Source: a virus (Duplodnaviria; Caudoviricetes). From it: a stretch of DNA of 38,099 nucleotides. The translations under genes and the position numbers were made by a program. Positions 8,626 through 19,104 of this stretch are shown one piece after another. The first letter of the stretch is position 1; each line of letters begins with the position of its first letter. The DNA is taken from IMG/VR virus record IMGVR_UViG_3300028188_000468, positions 1 through 38,099 of that record. One strand, written 5' to 3'. The notes under the pieces are model-generated. The model made no database searches. It saw only the letters and a list, made by a program, of their open reading frames with translations, and was not told the DNA's origin.

Positions 8626-10790
8626 GCGAATCATCTGAAAGCCAGGCCATGTTTGCCGACAACCTCAAGGGTGAAAAGAACAAAGTTTCTCCTGAGATTA
8701 CAGAAGAACAAAGGGAAAAGCTGAACAAAATCAAGGCGTGGTGGGCATATACAAGGTCAATACAGGCGCCTGCCCGTGCTGAATGCCTCAAAGACCATGA
8801 TATCTATGATGGTGATCAATGGGACCCGGACGATAAGGCGGAAGTGGAAGCCAGGGGTCAGATTGCAACTGTTTTCAATCGTGTTAAGCCCACAATTGAC
8901 TGGATCATTGGTTCAGAAAAAAAGAATCGGATAGATTTCAGGGTCCTGCCAAGAACTTCAGAGGATGCCAAACCTGCCGAGGCCAAAACCCATATCCTTA
9001 AATATCTTTCAGACGTCAACAAATTACCGACCGAGAGGTCACAGGCGTTTAAAGATACTGTTATATCAGGATTAGGATGGCTTGAAGCAGGTGTCACAAA
9101 AGATGTCACGAAAGAACCTATATTCATTGATTATGAGGACTGGAGAAACATTTGGTATGACCCGTTGTCCGTTCGTTTGGATCTCAAAGATGCCAGATTT
9201 ATGTTCAGGCGTAAACGGGTTGATCTGGATGTGGCATGTTCCATGTTCAGTGAGTTTTCAGGGGCTTTAAAAATATTGGCAAACAGTTCTGTTATTGATG
9301 AGGGTGCCTATTCTCAAGAGTATGCTGACGAAGATACAGACCTTGAATCCATGATAGAAATGACGGGTTTTGAAGGTACCGACAGAGCCCAGAGAAATAG
9401 GCTTGAACTGGTTGAGTGCTGGTATAAAACTCCTGAAAACATTGAAATCATGGACAATGGTACCCAAGATCTTGGCACGCTTAGAGGGCAGAAATATCAT
9501 GCTGATGACCCAGCACATAAGGATCTGGTAGAAGGCAGATACGCATCGCTCACAAGCAGCATCAGAATGGTTATCCGATGCATGATTTTTGCCGGGGATC
9601 TGGTTTTACAGGATCAAGAATCACCTTATAACCATAATCGGTTCCCCTTTATTCCCATTTGGGGGTTCAGGAAAAAGAAAGATAATACTCAATATGGTCC
9701 AGTCCGTAATCTAAGAGATATCCAGGACGATCTGAATAAAAGAAGGAGCAAGGCCCTATTCATCCTTAGTACCAATCAGATCATTGCTGATGATGATGCC
9801 GTAACCGATTGGGATGAATTGGCAGACGAAGTTTCCCGGCCGGACGGCATTATAAAAAAGAAAAAAGGATCTGAGATTGAGATCAACAACGATAGGGGCC
9901 TGGCTCAAGAGCATGTTGCACTGATGAACCAGGACGCTGAATATATTGAGGCTGTTGGTGGCGTAACCGACGAACAGATGGGTCGGGAAACAAACGCCAT
10001 ATCCGGGAAAGCTATCGAAGCCAGGAAGGAACAGGGAAATATTGTCAATTCAGAAGTATTTGATAATTTGAGAGTTTCTACCCAAATGCTTGGTGAAATT
10101 ATCCTCTCCTTGATTGAACAGTATTACACGGATCAGAAAATATTCAGGATTACAAACGAGAAAAATCAGCCTGAATTCATTGAAATTAATGGTGTGGACC
10201 CGGAAACAAACGACCCTTTAAATGATATCACCAAGGCCCAGGCCGATTTTGTAGTCGATTCTTCCGCATGGACAGCCAGTATCAGGCAAGCCACCTTTGA
10301 AACCCTCATGGAAATGATCAAGGACATGGCACCTGAGATTGCAATCAACCTTCTTGATCTTGTGGTTGATCTGTCAGATATCCCGGGCAAGGAGGATCTT
10401 GTAGCCAGAATCAGAATGGTTAATGGACAAAGTGACCCGGATGCGGATCAGAATGATCCAGACCTTCAAGCTGAACAGGATGCACAAAGGCAGGCGGATG
10501 AAGCCCAGGCCCTGTTTGATGAAACAATGCAAAAGCTTGAAATGAGTAAGCTTGAAAGTGAGATTGATAAGAATGTTGAGGATGCAGCGGCAACCAGGGC
10601 AGGTGTAAAATTTGATCAAGAAAAACTCAGGATCGACAAGGCCAAGGCCCTGCATGACATCCAGATCGGTAATAAAGCTTTAAATCAGAAAGTAAAGCCT
10701 GCAGTAACTAAAACAAAAGACAGAGTCATGGCCACTAAACAAGGTGAACATGGCATCAAATCCGATAACAAGAAAAAAGGAGCAAAGTAA
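8622..10790 (+). CDS. Portal protein (P22-like)
   Basis: YDGDQW, FNRVKPTIDWIIG, FPFIP, YGPVRNLRDIQDDLNKRRSK, SGKAIEAR; C-terminal coiled coil; 722 aa; position after TerL. Confidence 0.92.
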   Translation: MSESSESQAMFADNLKGEKNKVSPEITEEQREKLNKIKAWWAYTRSIQAPARAECLKDHDIYDGDQWDPDDKAEVEARGQIATVFNRVKPTIDWIIGSEKKNRIDFRVLPRTSEDAKPAEAKTHILKYLSDVNKLPTERSQAFKDTVISGLGWLEAGVTKDVTKEPIFIDYEDWRNIWYDPLSVRLDLKDARFMFRRKRVDLDVACSMFSEFSGALKILANSSVIDEGAYSQEYADEDTDLESMIEMTGFEGTDRAQRNRLELVECWYKTPENIEIMDNGTQDLGTLRGQKYHADDPAHKDLVEGRYASLTSSIRMVIRCMIFAGDLVLQDQESPYNHNRFPFIPIWGFRKKKDNTQYGPVRNLRDIQDDLNKRRSKALFILSTNQIIADDDAVTDWDELADEVSRPDGIIKKKKGSEIEINNDRGLAQEHVALMNQDAEYIEAVGGVTDEQMGRETNAISGKAIEARKEQGNIVNSEVFDNLRVSTQMLGEIILSLIEQYYTDQKIFRITNEKNQPEFIEINGVDPETNDPLNDITKAQADFVVDSSAWTASIRQATFETLMEMIKDMAPEIAINLLDLVVDLSDIPGKEDLVARIRMVNGQSDPDADQNDPDLQAEQDAQRQADEAQALFDETMQKLEMSKLESEIDKNVEDAAATRAGVKFDQEKLRIDKAKALHDIQIGNKALNQKVKPAVTKTKDRVMATKQGEHGIKSDNKKKGAK

Positions 10791-10792
10791 TC

Positions 10793-11731
10793 ATGGGTGA
10801 CAGCGACAGCAACGATTTTGATGGACTGTCTGAAGAAGAAATCGCAGCAATCGAAGATGATGAGGGAGATGCTTCAGATGATCAGAACGATGATGTGCAT
10901 GAGGATGACGAGGAGAATAAGGGAACCCAAGACCAAGAAGACCAGTCCTCTGATGATGACAAAGACGACATCGATGATGGCCAAAATGATGATGCTGATG
11001 AGGATGAATCAGAAGATGACGGCACTGATGATGATTCTAAAGACGATGCGACGAAGGATGATGAAGAGGGCGACGACAAAGAGGATAAGAAGACTGACAC
11101 AGATGCAGATGATACTGACGCTTCTTCCTCTGATGACGGTAAGCAGTCTGTAGACAACGAATACGAGGACAAGATCAAGGCCCTGGATATAAAGCTGGAT
11201 GAAGGTGACATTGATTTTGATGATTACAAAAAACAATTGCTTGCAGTTGAAAGGGAGCGTACCCGGGCAATTGTCCGGGAAGAAACAAGCCGAATTTCTG
11301 CTGAAAAAACATGGGAGTCTGAACAGTCAGAATTTTTCAGTGACAAGGATAATGCCAAACTTAAACAAAATCCTATTGTCTATGATGCCTTTGCCCGTGA
11401 GGTCAACCGGCTTCTGGGGGTCAAAGAATGGAAATCAAAAGCCGGTCCTGAGATACTTGCCAAAGCAAAAGAATCAATCAAGGCTGCCTTTGGAATTCAG
11501 GACAGTAAAGAAAGCCATAAAAAAGAGGATTCAGACGGGGAAAAGGCTCTCAAAGCTGCCAAGAAATCTTCTGGAAAGCGTACAGGACCCAAAACATTAA
11601 AAGATGTACCGGCATCCGACAAAAACACGGATGACGGTTATGAATATTTAGATAAGCTTGAAGGTGCTGAGTATGAGATAGCACTCTCAAAATTATCTGA
11701 ATCAGAATTGGAAGCATACGCAAAGGCGTAA
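10793..11731 (+). CDS. Capsid scaffolding protein with very acidic N-terminal region
   Basis: Lies between portal and capsid; first ~120 aa dominated by Asp/Glu, then helical region and short acidic C-terminal helix. Confidence 0.75.
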   Translation: MGDSDSNDFDGLSEEEIAAIEDDEGDASDDQNDDVHEDDEENKGTQDQEDQSSDDDKDDIDDGQNDDADEDESEDDGTDDDSKDDATKDDEEGDDKEDKKTDTDADDTDASSSDDGKQSVDNEYEDKIKALDIKLDEGDIDFDDYKKQLLAVERERTRAIVREETSRISAEKTWESEQSEFFSDKDNAKLKQNPIVYDAFAREVNRLLGVKEWKSKAGPEILAKAKESIKAAFGIQDSKESHKKEDSDGEKALKAAKKSSGKRTGPKTLKDVPASDKNTDDGYEYLDKLEGAEYEIALSKLSESELEAYAKA

Positions 11732-11841
11732 GGCCTTTGGATGTAGTTCTAAAGTTTTAACAAGGTCAGTGGTTCAGTATAGCTCCTCTGTCAATTGCGG
11801 CAGGGTAAGACCGAAAAACAATCAATATAAGGAGCAATACC

Positions 11842-12939
11842 ATGAGTAAAACAATTATCGGTCTGAATGATCCCAAAGCGGTTAAAAAGTATTCCGCATT
11901 TTTAGCAATTGACACCCCGAGAAAATCTTTCTGGTCCAAGAAGTTTACTGGCCCGGAAGGCGGTTCAACCCCTGTTGTAAAGGTTGACCGTTTGAAGAAT
12001 GATGCCGGGGAATATGTTTCTTTTGATCTTAATATGCAGTTAGGGATGAAGCCTGTCGAGGGTGATGACATTCTGGAGAACAAAGAAGAAAAACTCAAGT
12101 TCTACACTGATGGATTATATATCGATCAGATGAGGGGCGGAGTTAATGCGGGTGGACGTATGACCCGGAAAAGAACCATCCATGACCTCAGAAAAGTGGC
12201 CCGTGCCCGTCAGTCTGACTGGTGGGCCAGAGTGTTTGATGAGCTGCATTTTATGTACGCATCCGGAACCCGTGGGGTCAATGATGAATTCATCTTTGAT
12301 GCAACTTACCCCGGTTTTGCCAATAATCCGCTTGCAGCACCGGACAGCCTTCATCACTATTTTGCGAATGGCAAGGCAAAGGCCACAATAACGGTTGATG
12401 ATAAAATGTCTCTTTCCGGTGTTGATCGCCTGGTTGCCGAGGCAGATATGATGGGTGGCGGTACCCAGGGCACCCCACAGATCCAGCCGATTAAACTTGA
12501 GGGTGAAGACCATTTCCTTCTTCTTATGAATCCTTGGCAGGCTTATGACTTAAGAACCGATACAGCATCAGGAAAGTGGCTCGATATCCAGAAGGCACTT
12601 GCAACCTCAGAAGGAAGAAAATCTCCTATCTGCAAGGGTGGTCTTGGTATGTACAACAATGTGATCCTTCAGAAACATAAGGGTGTTATCCGCTTCGACG
12701 ATTATGGTTCAGGCGGAAACGTCAAGGCAGCTCGTGCATTATTCCTTGGTGAACAGGGTCTTGCAGTCGCATGGGGTTCATCCGGTTCCGGCCTGCGTTT
12801 TGACTGGCACGAAGAGTCAAGAGATAACGGGAATATCTTGATTATCAGCACTTACAGTATGTTCGGGTTGAATAAGGTTGCTTTCAACGGCCTTGATTAT
12901 GGGCTGATTGCCTATGACACAGCAGCAACAAAAGTTTAA
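11842..12939 (+). CDS. Major capsid protein (N4-gp56/DUF4043 type, HK97 fold)
   Basis: IGLNDPKAVKKYS, VEGDDILENKEEKL, IDQMRGGVNAGGRMTRKRT, GGLGMYNNVIL, RALFLGEQG; strong TAAGGAG RBS. Confidence 0.92.
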   Translation: MSKTIIGLNDPKAVKKYSAFLAIDTPRKSFWSKKFTGPEGGSTPVVKVDRLKNDAGEYVSFDLNMQLGMKPVEGDDILENKEEKLKFYTDGLYIDQMRGGVNAGGRMTRKRTIHDLRKVARARQSDWWARVFDELHFMYASGTRGVNDEFIFDATYPGFANNPLAAPDSLHHYFANGKAKATITVDDKMSLSGVDRLVAEADMMGGGTQGTPQIQPIKLEGEDHFLLLMNPWQAYDLRTDTASGKWLDIQKALATSEGRKSPICKGGLGMYNNVILQKHKGVIRFDDYGSGGNVKAARALFLGEQGLAVAWGSSGSGLRFDWHEESRDNGNILIISTYSMFGLNKVAFNGLDYGLIAYDTAATKV

Positions 12940-12967
12940 TGAAATAATTTTATAAGGAGTTTTTAAC

Positions 12968-13426
12968 ATGCCTACATTTAATAGCAATAACTTTGAAAAG
13001 TCTATCCTGTCTCCCCATAGTGCCGGGGAGGTGTATGTATCTGATGACATTGTGGCTTTGCCTGTCACACTGGCCCTAAACGACCTTGCAAAAGTTGGGC
13101 ATCTCCCTGCTGACTGTATCCCCATTGACGTGGTGGCTATTGCCGATGAGCTGGACGAACACGCCACAGATACCCTGACCTTTTCCGTGGGAATGATGAA
13201 TGATGATGGTGATGACCTGGTGACGGCAGAAACCTTTATCACCGGTGCACAAGCAGACACAGATCCCACAGTTACCAGGGCAGCCGGGGCAGGTCTCAAG
13301 GGGATTGCCAGAAACAAAACCACTGATAGGGTGCTGGGCATCAAAATCACTGCAGCCGCGGCAACGAAAGCTGCTGGTAATGTCCGGGTGATAATGACCT
13401 ATCGTGCTTCTGATTACGGCGCGTAA
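12968..13426 (+). CDS. Capsid cement/decoration protein
   Basis: 152-aa beta-rich, Ala/Thr-rich ORF right after the capsid gene; TAAGGAG RBS. Confidence 0.6.
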   Translation: MPTFNSNNFEKSILSPHSAGEVYVSDDIVALPVTLALNDLAKVGHLPADCIPIDVVAIADELDEHATDTLTFSVGMMNDDGDDLVTAETFITGAQADTDPTVTRAAGAGLKGIARNKTTDRVLGIKITAAAATKAAGNVRVIMTYRASDYGA

Positions 13427-13453
13427 ATATTATTTATAAGGAGATAATCCACC

Positions 13454-13717
13454 ATGATTATGCAAGCAAATTTTACCCGATGCGGCCAGCCGATCCCCAT
13501 GCGTGTGGAAAAGTTCGACTACCTGTTCACTGAAAACCAATATGGTGATTTTGTGGCAAGTGTAGTGTCGGAAGACCACGTGAAGCACCTTCTTGATACC
13601 GGTAATTTCAAAGAATACGTTCCTCCCACCATGGAAGAACTAAAAGCCCGTGAGAAAGAAGCGGCCAAGGCCAATGCCAAGACCAAAGCCAATGCAAAGG
13701 ATGATGCCAAAAAATGA
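13454..13717 (+). CDS. Small hypothetical virion-associated protein with Lys/Ala-rich tail
   Basis: TAAGGAG RBS; ends AKANAKTKANAKDDAKK; ATGA overlap with the next gene. Confidence 0.65.
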   Translation: MIMQANFTRCGQPIPMRVEKFDYLFTENQYGDFVASVVSEDHVKHLLDTGNFKEYVPPTMEELKAREKEAAKANAKTKANAKDDAKK

Positions 13718-14367
13718 TTTTGGAAAAGATATTAACCCGGATTGAAACGGGTATCCAAGATCCCTCCCTTACAATGGAAGATGATATTTGTCCTTTGGTT
13801 AATGAGTTTGTGGCAGAGGTAAGTCAGTTGTTTACCCTGCCAGATCTACAGGAACAAAAAACAATTGAGATAGTTGTAGATGAAAATCCAACCACGCTTG
13901 TGATGCCGGAGACATTTGCCCATGATCTGTACCGGGTTTACAATGAAACAAGCCGGAAAAAGGTCAATATTAGATCAAATATTAAAGCTCTTGAGGGATT
14001 GTATTCTGGATGGGAATCACCCGGGATGATTCAGGACGCTGCTTTGGAACATAAAACTCTTTGGTATCGGCCAATACCTGTTCAAGATCAATCGTTGACC
14101 CTGTTTTATTACAGAGAGCCTGTACCGGTTGAGTTTGATGATGATGAAGCACTTCTGGACGGAATTCCTCCCAACTTTGCTAAGATTGCTGTCGATTACG
14201 CATTGAAAGAGCTGTTTGCCCTGGAAGAAGACGGGATTGACGGAAAGAAGGTTAATACCCTCTATTATACTGACCGATATAATATCGGCCTGGCTAAATT
14301 AGCAAAGCATTGTAAAACTGCCCCTAAGCACACCCCGGTTATCAAACGATCAGCGAGGTTTTTCTAA
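13714..14367 (+). CDS. Head-tail adaptor (T7 gp11/P22 gp4 position)
   Basis: Helical N-terminus, beta insert LWYRPIP...LTLFYYREP, helical C-terminus IPPNFAKIAVDYA; synteny. Confidence 0.7.
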   Translation: MILEKILTRIETGIQDPSLTMEDDICPLVNEFVAEVSQLFTLPDLQEQKTIEIVVDENPTTLVMPETFAHDLYRVYNETSRKKVNIRSNIKALEGLYSGWESPGMIQDAALEHKTLWYRPIPVQDQSLTLFYYREPVPVEFDDDEALLDGIPPNFAKIAVDYALKELFALEEDGIDGKKVNTLYYTDRYNIGLAKLAKHCKTAPKHTPVIKRSARFF

Positions 14368-15587
14368 TGCGTGAGATTAAGGTTGATGGCTTCAATGGCA
14401 TGAATAATATTGTCGTAAAAGCAAAAAGGACTATGGGGGAGCCTTCAATAATTTTAAATGCAAACGTTGAGCCGGATGGTAGCCTTGTAAGACGGCCAGG
14501 GTATGAGAAGGTCATTGATCTGACAGGAGGCCATAGCCTTTGGACAAACAACAAAGGTATTGTGATGTGTGCGGCAGAGGGTAAGGTTTATAAGGTGGTT
14601 GACGGTATTGCCACAGTCGAATTGACTGATACAGCGCGAGCGGATGCACCTATCTCTTATCTGGAAATATCCGGAAAAATATATCTTTCAAACAAAAACT
14701 GGACAGGGATGTTTGATCCGGAATTAAATTCTATCGTGGAATGGGGAATACCTGTTCCTGTAACACCGATCCTTACCACTGGAACCGGAAGCCTTCCTAC
14801 CGGTATCTATATGGTTTGTCTTACTGCTATCAGCGAATATGGCAGGCCATCCGGTAATAGTGCCTTGACTGAAATAACATTGTCAGAGCCAGGAGGTATA
14901 TCCATTTCAAATCTTCCTGAAGGCGCGAGCGTGTGGATGACAGATCCGAACGGGTCTCAATTACTTTATGCCGGGAATAGTTCATTCATCACTAGTCTGC
15001 CAGAACATCCAGAACCAATACCTACTATGTGGGGAGAGCCGCCATATCCAATGAGCCATCTATGTTGGGCTTTTGGAAGGGTTTGGGGATCTCGATTTGA
15101 AAAAGTATTTTATAGTGAACCTTATCAACCAGAACTTTTCCGGCTATCGACAGGATTCTTTGACTTTGAGGAAACGATCTCTATGGTCGCAAAGACTGAT
15201 CATGGATTGTTTATTGGAGGTGACGCGAATACTTATTACCTTGCTGGCACAGATCCGGTCGGGATGGTGCAATCAACCGCAGGAGTTGGAGTGGTCCCAG
15301 GAACTTTATGTTATGTGAGTGATCTTGGGGAGCTTGGAAAGAATGTCCCTGTATGGATAGGCAAAGACGGTGTATATGCAGGGCTGGCCGATGGCCGCAT
15401 TCTCAATGTTGTAAAGAACAATCTCAGGATAGACCCACAGCAGGTCCAGGGGGCATCATTCTCAAGAGTAAAAGATGGTCGTAAACAAATGTTATTTTCC
15501 ATGAAACACAACCAACCGAGGGGCCAGGTTGTTGGATTCGGAGACTTGGCGGCTTGTGATGTTGTCAGGGATGGAATGGTAATATAA
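14367..15587 (+). CDS. Tail nozzle/hub protein (P22 gp10/T7 gp12-like beta-propeller), N-terminal part
   Basis: FNGMNN...NANVEPDGSLVRRPGY start; blade-like motifs FGRVWG, VFYSEPYQPELF, VWIGKDGVY; follows the adaptor. Confidence 0.7.
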   Translation: MREIKVDGFNGMNNIVVKAKRTMGEPSIILNANVEPDGSLVRRPGYEKVIDLTGGHSLWTNNKGIVMCAAEGKVYKVVDGIATVELTDTARADAPISYLEISGKIYLSNKNWTGMFDPELNSIVEWGIPVPVTPILTTGTGSLPTGIYMVCLTAISEYGRPSGNSALTEITLSEPGGISISNLPEGASVWMTDPNGSQLLYAGNSSFITSLPEHPEPIPTMWGEPPYPMSHLCWAFGRVWGSRFEKVFYSEPYQPELFRLSTGFFDFEETISMVAKTDHGLFIGGDANTYYLAGTDPVGMVQSTAGVGVVPGTLCYVSDLGELGKNVPVWIGKDGVYAGLADGRILNVVKNNLRIDPQQVQGASFSRVKDGRKQMLFSMKHNQPRGQVVGFGDLAACDVVRDGMVI

Positions 15588-15616
15588 AAATTAATTTTCA
15601 AAAAGGAGTGTGTTTT

Positions 15617-16270
15617 ATGAAGAAGTTTTGGATTGATCTCATCGCAATTGTTGTAGAATTCGTGTTGAACAACGCACTGGTTCACGCTGTTCTAAGGTTC
15701 CGGTTTACCCCTTACGCTCTAAAAAAGAGGATTCTCGGATGGTCGCTCGAAAAGCTTCCATTGCAGTTTGAGGGTAAAGTCACCACAGAACATTACCGTG
15801 GTGGTAAGCTCATACATACCCAGACAGGAACCAACACCTTCACAACTGAAGGCATGGCCAAATTATTGAATATTATTTTTCATGATATCAGTAAGGCCGC
15901 TTCCCATATCTGGTATGTCGGTATTTTCAAGAATAACATTACCCCGGCGCTGGCTGATACAGCCGCAAAGCTTGGTTCAGGAAATGCTTATGGAGAATGC
16001 CAGGATGCTGATTACGATTCACCTTTGACAAACAGGCCTGCATACACAACTGAAGATACTTCCACGGCGGTTATCTCCAATGTTAATGCCAAAGCCCATT
16101 TTGTTATGAATGCAAGCATCACCGTTTATGGTGCTTTCCTTGCAGATGCCGCAGCCAAAACAGCCGCGTCAGGTGTCTTAATGTGTGCTAAACGGTTTGG
16201 TACTCCACGAGCTGTAATCGCTGATGATGAGATTTATGTGACTTATCAGATTACGTCTACAACCTCTTGA
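15617..16270 (+). CDS. Virion structural protein (tail/collar fibre-associated)
   Basis: AGGAG RBS 8 nt before ATG 15617 (track uses GTG 15608); NTFTTEGMAKLL, WYVGIF, TVYGAFL, IYVTYQI. Confidence 0.65.
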   Translation: MKKFWIDLIAIVVEFVLNNALVHAVLRFRFTPYALKKRILGWSLEKLPLQFEGKVTTEHYRGGKLIHTQTGTNTFTTEGMAKLLNIIFHDISKAASHIWYVGIFKNNITPALADTAAKLGSGNAYGECQDADYDSPLTNRPAYTTEDTSTAVISNVNAKAHFVMNASITVYGAFLADAAAKTAASGVLMCAKRFGTPRAVIADDEIYVTYQITSTTS

Positions 16271-16294
16271 TTTTTAGTCTTTTTTATATTTGGT

Positions 16295-16342
16295 ATTGGT
16301 CCCCCTGTTTCCATCATTAGGGTGGTAACGGGGGCCAATTTC
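16295..16342 (+). terminator. GC-rich hairpin; weak terminator or mRNA-stabilising structure
   Basis: ATTGGTCCCC/GGGGGCCAAT outer stem plus inner stem with ATTAG loop; only TTTC follows. Confidence 0.5.
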
Positions 16343-16374
16343 ACCTCAGGCTTTGTTGCTTTAAAAAGGGCTTT

Positions 16375-18546
16375 ATGTCAAACGCGATCGACCATAAAAA
16401 TCTTGGGGAAATCCAGCAGCATGAATACCTTGTCGGGACCATAGTAAATGTTTATCCGGAGAATGCTGACACTCCCGAAAAGTATTGGGATACAGCCGAT
16501 GTGTTTATTCAAGAACTTGGCCTTAGCTGGAATTATGCCCCTATCTTTTATCATTGTTCTCCTGACTTACCGGCCAGGGATAATGGTTCTGTATTTTCAG
16601 GGGCAAAGGGCTTCACCGAGAACGATTCGGCAATCCTGCTTTGTGAAAAACAGACGGCTCAATCTGGGTCGCTGTCAGTTAAAAACGTAACCGTTGTCGG
16701 TCATACCGATGGCTTAAAGAAATGTTCTTATAATTATGTAATCGTTCGTTCCAGTCTAAATCCCCTTGAACCTTTGGATCTTTCCGATCCATTGGCAAAT
16801 CTTAATGAATATTGTACTGTTTTCGATGTTGCAGCCGGAGCCATGGCAAGTATTGTCGATCCAGATCTTTCCCCTGATCTTATCCAATTTCCCTGCCTTG
16901 TATCAAAAATTAAACCATTCTTGCAATTTGTAGAGCTGTCTGGTGTTGCCTTGTTTGAAGAATTCTCACAGGGAGACGATGACATTGAAATTGCCGGTGT
17001 GATTCCCAGTTGGAAAACAGATTGTCAAGGGGAGATCATTCGTGCAGGTGCTGGTGTGGAAGAATGGTGGAATACCTATGATGTTGATGGTAATCCGGTC
17101 TTGAGTTTTTTTCAGGATCTATACTTCGCCATAATGATGGATGATGAAGGTGCCTCGAACGGAACATATCAAGACACAATGGATATTTATGCTGCTGGCT
17201 TAACCGATATTGCAGCATGGGAAGTAAGTCCGGCCTTTGGTAAGGATTCAAGAAACTATGCAGTTACCGGGTCGGTAGATTTGGGGGGCTCCTGTATTGG
17301 GCCAACCGGTCAGCTTTCTGACAATGCAACGTCAATACATATTCAAACAGCCTTTGGTGAAGATGAAATATGGGAATGTGCTGTAAATACTTATGACGGA
17401 ATGGTTGTCGGTTATTGTGATTCAATGACAAAATTCGTAAGATTTATAGAAGTTCCTCCAAACATACCTATCCCTGGTCTTTATGAAAATATCGCAAATC
17501 TTAACAATCAAGCCATAATTGGCATGGCCACGCCAGGTGCCGGAGGTTTATTGCTTACAGATCTTGGCTCCGTTTTGGCCGGTGAAGCTTCACTTGCAGG
17601 CATGGGAGGAGAAAATAGTTTATGGAGTTACGGTCTTCTTAAAAGAATCAATGAAGGCGCCTTCCATCGGACCATTCATCCAGCAATGACCGGCAGCATG
17701 GCTTTTAGAACAACGGCCATTCCAGAAGATGTGCTTCAAGAGCCCGTTTATTTTTGTGCTTTAAATAAAAGATGGGACAAAATTGACGCATGGAACCGGT
17801 ATGATAATTGGCAAAATAGTTTCAATTCAGCGTATGGCTCCTTTGGTGTCGATGTTACTTGGTGGTTTCGCAGCAATGCCCAGTCATGGGGAGCTGAAAC
17901 AATATATGCAGATACTCCTTTGGGAAGCATGTGGTTTCAATCCCCTGACTGGAAAGCGGCTGTCTGGTACATGTATCAATTAGGCAGTTGCTCCACTGTG
18001 GCCAGAAGGGACCAGGCCCTTAATCAGGAATTGACCCATTGTTGTAAGCATTCCCGGGCAACTGTGGCACAATTATATATAGTTCAAAGAACTTCAATTA
18101 CATTGTGGGCTCAAACAGCAAATATTTTTTCCAAACAAGAAGTTGGCAAAAGTCCGTATGATTCTATTCCTTTGGATGAATTCGGAGATGACTCAATTGC
18201 TTATGTAAAAATGCCGGATGATTCTTTGGTTCATATAGATTCCGTGACCAATGCAGAGATTGAGAGCGTACTTTCAGAAAGAATTTATATCCGTTCTGTT
18301 TGTGATGATGAGGACCCTACCTTGATGCCAGTCAATGAGGCATTTAGATCAAATAGAAATGAATTTGAAATAATGGGGGCTGTGGATCTTTATGGGTCTT
18401 TGTTGACCGATCATCAAAGAAGAAACCCGATCGATCAAGTCAGGTGTCCCGAATTTGAAAGAGCTGTAGCAGAATTGCTTGAACAAGTAATGGTAACGGC
18501 CTCATTGTCTTTTTCCCAAGTTTATACAGATATGGAGATTATTTAA
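16375..18546 (+). CDS. Large hypothetical tail protein (723 aa)
   Basis: Long acidic, Trp/Cys-rich ORF in the tail block; no family recognised. Confidence 0.7.
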   Translation: MSNAIDHKNLGEIQQHEYLVGTIVNVYPENADTPEKYWDTADVFIQELGLSWNYAPIFYHCSPDLPARDNGSVFSGAKGFTENDSAILLCEKQTAQSGSLSVKNVTVVGHTDGLKKCSYNYVIVRSSLNPLEPLDLSDPLANLNEYCTVFDVAAGAMASIVDPDLSPDLIQFPCLVSKIKPFLQFVELSGVALFEEFSQGDDDIEIAGVIPSWKTDCQGEIIRAGAGVEEWWNTYDVDGNPVLSFFQDLYFAIMMDDEGASNGTYQDTMDIYAAGLTDIAAWEVSPAFGKDSRNYAVTGSVDLGGSCIGPTGQLSDNATSIHIQTAFGEDEIWECAVNTYDGMVVGYCDSMTKFVRFIEVPPNIPIPGLYENIANLNNQAIIGMATPGAGGLLLTDLGSVLAGEASLAGMGGENSLWSYGLLKRINEGAFHRTIHPAMTGSMAFRTTAIPEDVLQEPVYFCALNKRWDKIDAWNRYDNWQNSFNSAYGSFGVDVTWWFRSNAQSWGAETIYADTPLGSMWFQSPDWKAAVWYMYQLGSCSTVARRDQALNQELTHCCKHSRATVAQLYIVQRTSITLWAQTANIFSKQEVGKSPYDSIPLDEFGDDSIAYVKMPDDSLVHIDSVTNAEIESVLSERIYIRSVCDDEDPTLMPVNEAFRSNRNEFEIMGAVDLYGSLLTDHQRRNPIDQVRCPEFERAVAELLEQVMVTASLSFSQVYTDMEII

Positions 18547-18547
18547 T

Positions 18548-18910
18548 ATGTTTGAACCACAAACAGTAAATTTGACAATATACCAGGGATCATCCTTTAA
18601 AAAGTCCTGGCAAATAACAGACGAGGATTCAGCAAATCCCATCGATCTCACCGGATACACGGCCAGAATGCAGATCCGGGGCAAGATTAAAGACACTGAT
18701 CCCATCGTGGACCTTACCACCGAAAACGGGGGGATTACAATTTTGGTGGAAGCGGAGACAACGACCTTGTCACTTTATATTTCCGCTACGGATACCGCAG
18801 CTATCGAGGTTGCAAAGGGAGTATATGACCTTGAACTCATAGACACATCCGCAGATGTTTATCGGCTCATGGAAGGCAGCGTGACCGTTTCTAAGGAGGT
18901 GACAAGATGA
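18548..18910 (+). CDS. Tail-fibre attachment beta-sandwich protein (LtfC/p132/BppU-like)
   Basis: LTIYQGSSF...PIDLTGYTARMQIR...GVYDLEL...[15 protein letters not shown] pattern. Confidence 0.75.
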   Translation: MFEPQTVNLTIYQGSSFKKSWQITDEDSANPIDLTGYTARMQIRGKIKDTDPIVDLTTENGGITILVEAETTTLSLYISATDTAAIEVAKGVYDLELIDTSADVYRLMEGSVTVSKEVTR

Positions 18911-19104
18911 CCCAGATCCTATTTGATCCAAACGCTTCAATTGAAATCCTGCCGGTGACAGTCTCACAGGCAACAATTCTTGAAGTTAGTGCGGGCTTTG
19001 GTTCTTCTCTTTTCCAGACTTACCAGGATTATCTGACACTGGATGGAGGAAGGCCCAATGAAGTTATGACAAATATTGAACCTTTAGACGGAGGAAGACC
19101 ATAA
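18907..19104 (+). CDS. Small fibre-associated protein with two LDGGRP motifs
   Basis: Coupled on both sides (ATGA, TAATG); LTLDGGRP...PLDGGRP. Confidence 0.65.
   Translation: MTQILFDPNASIEILPVTVSQATILEVSAGFGSSLFQTYQDYLTLDGGRPNEVMTNIEPLDGGRP

Noticed and set aside
10882-11211. Ser-rich antisense ORF, plus Met/Thr-rich ORF 10797..11153
   Set aside because: Shadow frames of the GAT/GAC/GAA-rich scaffold coding sequence.
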